This document shows positions 61,622 to 64,000 of a stretch of DNA of 64,000 nucleotides, one piece after another. The DNA comes from a virus, in the IMG/VR virus record IMGVR_UViG_3300045988_064633, positions 16,129 through 80,128 of that record; one strand, given 5' to 3'. A model generated the notes under the pieces. It ran no database searches, was not told the DNA's origin, and worked only from the letters and a program-made list of their open reading frames with translations. A program made the translations under genes and the position numbers. The stretch's first letter is position 1, and each line of letters opens with the position of its first letter.

Positions 61622-63177
61622 ATCGTTTCTGACAAATCAGCCCATGCATACTTAGAGTTGTTCAGCAAGATAATCGTTCTCAAAATCGTTTTATCTGCCT
61701 GAGACAACTTCGATATGCTGGTATTAATCCCAAGATTATACAGTTCCTGTTGCATGTTGGCATTACGGATATTAATGCCGTACTTATCCATAGCGCGGCT
61801 CATACCAGTCAAGCCAGATGCCATGTCCTGCCATACATCCTCGAAGTCCATATTTCTTACAGAAGCAAGATCTGCACCAATCATAGTAAGTGCATTAGAC
61901 AATTTTAAGGCAGTCTCTGATGTATCGCCCATAGATGATGCCATCTGTGCAAATGTTGCCTGATACTGCATTGTTTTTTCTGGGTCAAGTCCAAGACTAG
62001 CGGTATTGGTTCTAGCCAGTTCACCAGTATCTGAAATTTCGAATCCTGTCAGTTTCTGTGAAAGCTGTTTTGCCCTTTCCTGGAATGAATTTGCATATGC
62101 TTCAACGGATTTTATGCCACTTTTTTTCCATTCGTCAGTGTTGATTCCTTCTGCCACCTGATTGAACGCAGAATTGAAATAGTTCAGAGTCTCTACATAG
62201 TTCATTGCGGATTCTACTGGCGATGTCAGAACATCTAATGCTCTTTTTACGAGGAAACCTTTGGCGTAAAAAGCACTCAACTTATCAGTTACTGAACTCA
62301 TAGGGTTTGACAATCTTCTTATTTTTTCACCAGTTTCAGAAGATGCATTTCCAATACCTGCGATTGCAGATACAGCTTTTCCGCCTAAAGAAATAGCTTT
62401 TGAAGCAAATTTTTGAAAAGCATTTGTCAGCCCATTGATTACAGTACTTGCTTTTGAACCTAACGAAGAAAGCGTGTTAAATGAATTCGAAACGCTACTT
62501 GTGGCACGCCCTACTTTGCTTCCAGACGATGCTAATACTGCAAGAGCTTCTGTCATTCTTATTGTGCTCGAACTGATATCTGGTGCACTTTTCATTACGT
62601 CAAAAAACTTCAAAACCTCTTGTGCGAGAGTTGATAATTGACTTGCAGTCTTTCCAGTTTTATCTCCTGCACTAGCTAATTTTCCAAGAGAAGTAATAAA
62701 AGCATTGGTGGATGCTGATACTTCGCTCATAGAGCCTAATTTAGTAGCCGCATTATTTAAACCTGTCGCAAGATTCGGAAGTTCCTTTGATACATTGCCG
62801 ATATACTGTCCTGTGCCGGCAAGTTTAGCTATAGCGGTTGTGAACCGGCTAACGCTCGGAGAAACATCTGGAATAGCATCAAGTTTCTGCATCTCGGTAA
62901 GAATTTTACCTAATTTCCCTGTATCAAACTGACTGAAATCGGATTTTCCAAGACGATTGATAGCGTTTATAGCCGCATTCAATCCATTTGCTTTAAAATT
63001 CACGCTGCCTAAACTTTTTAAAGAATTGGAAAAATTATTTAACCGGCTTATGTCAAGATTTCCAATGGCAGTGTTTAATGTATCTAATTTTTTTACAAGG
63101 TTATTAATAGACCGCACCGCCTGAGTTGTGCTACTCTCTATTTGTATATTGAGGGTATCTATGGTATTATCGGCCAT
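61622..63177 (-). CDS. Tail tape-measure protein, 5-prime exon/segment
   Basis: Helical repeat-rich 518 codons ending ...YAWADLSETI; the track ORF runs 5 codons into the insert before a stop. Confidence 0.85.
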
Positions 63178-63223
63178 TAAAGCACCTCCTTTTAATCAAA
63201 AAAATAAAGGGCAGACAAGACTT

Positions 63224-63592
63224 TTAATCCTGCCTGCCCTCGTCATTATTACCATGATTCAGCTCAAAATTTGCTTGCATGAGTTGCAATGTCATGAGCA
63301 ACCTGTCACGTTGCCGTTTCTTTTCTGTTTCAGAAAGATTCTCTTCATCCTCTTGCTTTTGCTTTTCGGCTGTTTGTGAAAATGGTTCTTTAAGGTATTC
63401 AGCCTTTGACTTTTTACCAATAAGCACATTTGCAACCGCAGTCTGAACTGCACACATCGTGTACATGTTGAACTGCCATGCTTGCGAATCAGCCATTTTT
63501 TGTTTTAATTTGTAGGCTTCCATATATGGTTCTAAATCATATGGTGTAGAATCCATAAACTTTTCTTCTGAAACACCGATTGATAAATACAA
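63224..63592 (-). CDS. Tail assembly chaperone, downstream (Gp15-like / GT-type) frame
   Basis: DSTPYDLEPYMEAYKLKQKMADSQAWQFNMYTMCAVQTAVANVL pattern; TTG is the first start, and the frame stays open upstream into the preceding ORF. Confidence 0.55.
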   Translation of the reverse strand: MYLSIGVSEEKFMDSTPYDLEPYMEAYKLKQKMADSQAWQFNMYTMCAVQTAVANVLIGKKSKAEYLKEPFSQTAEKQKQEDEENLSETEKKRQRDRLLMTLQLMQANFELNHGNNDEGRQD

Positions 63593-63627
63593 TGGAAGTA
63601 ACTTTTTATAAACTACTTCTGGAAAAG

Positions 63628-63966
63628 TTAGCTCTTCTTCTTGTGATCCTGCGGAGTCTTCGGAAGTTTCTTTTCTTCCTCCGATTTCTCCTCCATTGCT
63701 TTTACCATTCCGGATAAAAAACCGTTCTTTTCAAGCTCCTGACTTGCTTTTTCAAATAAAGTAAATCCATTATGAGGATTTTCCTCTGTGGATTCATCTT
63801 CGTAGTCGTCCAGAAGATCGCACACTTTATCGTATGCAATTTTCTTTTCTTCTTCGGTTTCATATCCGAATTCATCCTTGTGCTTTTTTTGCAATCCTAC
63901 TAGAATCAGTTCTGGAAGCATTTTAATCATATCTTTCGGATTGTTGATTGCTCCCATAGAAGACAC
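63628..63966 (-). CDS. Tail assembly chaperone, upstream (G-like) frame
   Basis: Acidic 112-aa ORF immediately before the TMP region; start uncertain (near window edge). Confidence 0.5.
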   Translation of the reverse strand: MSSMGAINNPKDMIKMLPELILVGLQKKHKDEFGYETEEEKKIAYDKVCDLLDDYEDESTEENPHNGFTLFEKASQELEKNGFLSGMVKAMEEKSEEEKKLPKTPQDHKKKS

Positions 63967-64000
63967 TTGTGTAAGAATGTCTGACTGAGTAAGTACGCCA

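Noticed and set aside
61306-61626. A 7-bp direct repeat ACGATAA at both edges of the tape-measure insert, suggesting a target-site duplication of a MITE-like element. Excision leaving one copy is also in frame.
   Set aside because: No terminal inverted repeats are present, and the insert is a compact, highly base-paired RNA-like sequence with U/G junction bases. I kept the intron as the primary hypothesis, but DNA-level insertion is not excluded.
1-64000. Search for a host-prophage junction, att core or flanking bacterial genes.
   Set aside because: Every segment looks phage-like or accessory. No housekeeping genes or obvious att duplication are visible within the window, so integration status cannot be judged from this sequence alone.

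Overview
This AT-rich 64 kb window reads as a temperate siphovirus-type phage or prophage of a low-GC Firmicute, with AGGAGG-type RBSs, tight ATGA-type gene overlaps and nearly all genes on the minus strand. No clear host flank is visible.

Layout from right to left:
- Tail module: assembly chaperones, then a tape-measure gene split by a ~320-nt structured insert. A self-contained ~2 kb cassette follows, then distal-tail and tail-fibre genes (S74 chaperone domain) and an Ig-repeat protein.
- A decayed tyrosine-recombinase fragment beside an inverted fibre-tip fragment, then a GH25/amidase/SH3 endolysin.
- A plus-strand moron block: LRR lipoprotein, secreted protein and an orphan LytTR regulator.
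- A CI-like repressor with back-to-back consensus promoters.
- A long early operon: antirepressor, SbcC/Rad50-like ATPase, RecT-like protein, SSBs and a diversity-generating retroelement (DGR). It continues with a C5 methyltransferase, Lar-like proteins, a replisome organizer with internal iterons and a DnaC-like loader.
- A large serine recombinase, a plus-strand cargo cassette, a terS-like gene, a tRNA island and many small zinc-ribbon proteins.

Strongest findings:
1. A complete DGR (Avd, template repeat TR, reverse transcriptase RT) serves two tandem variable-repeat (VR) target genes. It sits in the early region rather than the tail module.
2. Two strand-skewed, degenerate-repeat non-coding blocks flank one unknown gene in the recombination module.
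3. A candidate ORF-less group I intron lies in the tape-measure gene.
4. Several unassigned structured or iteron-like non-coding regions are present.

All product calls rest on remembered family motifs and manual inspection. No searches were run.
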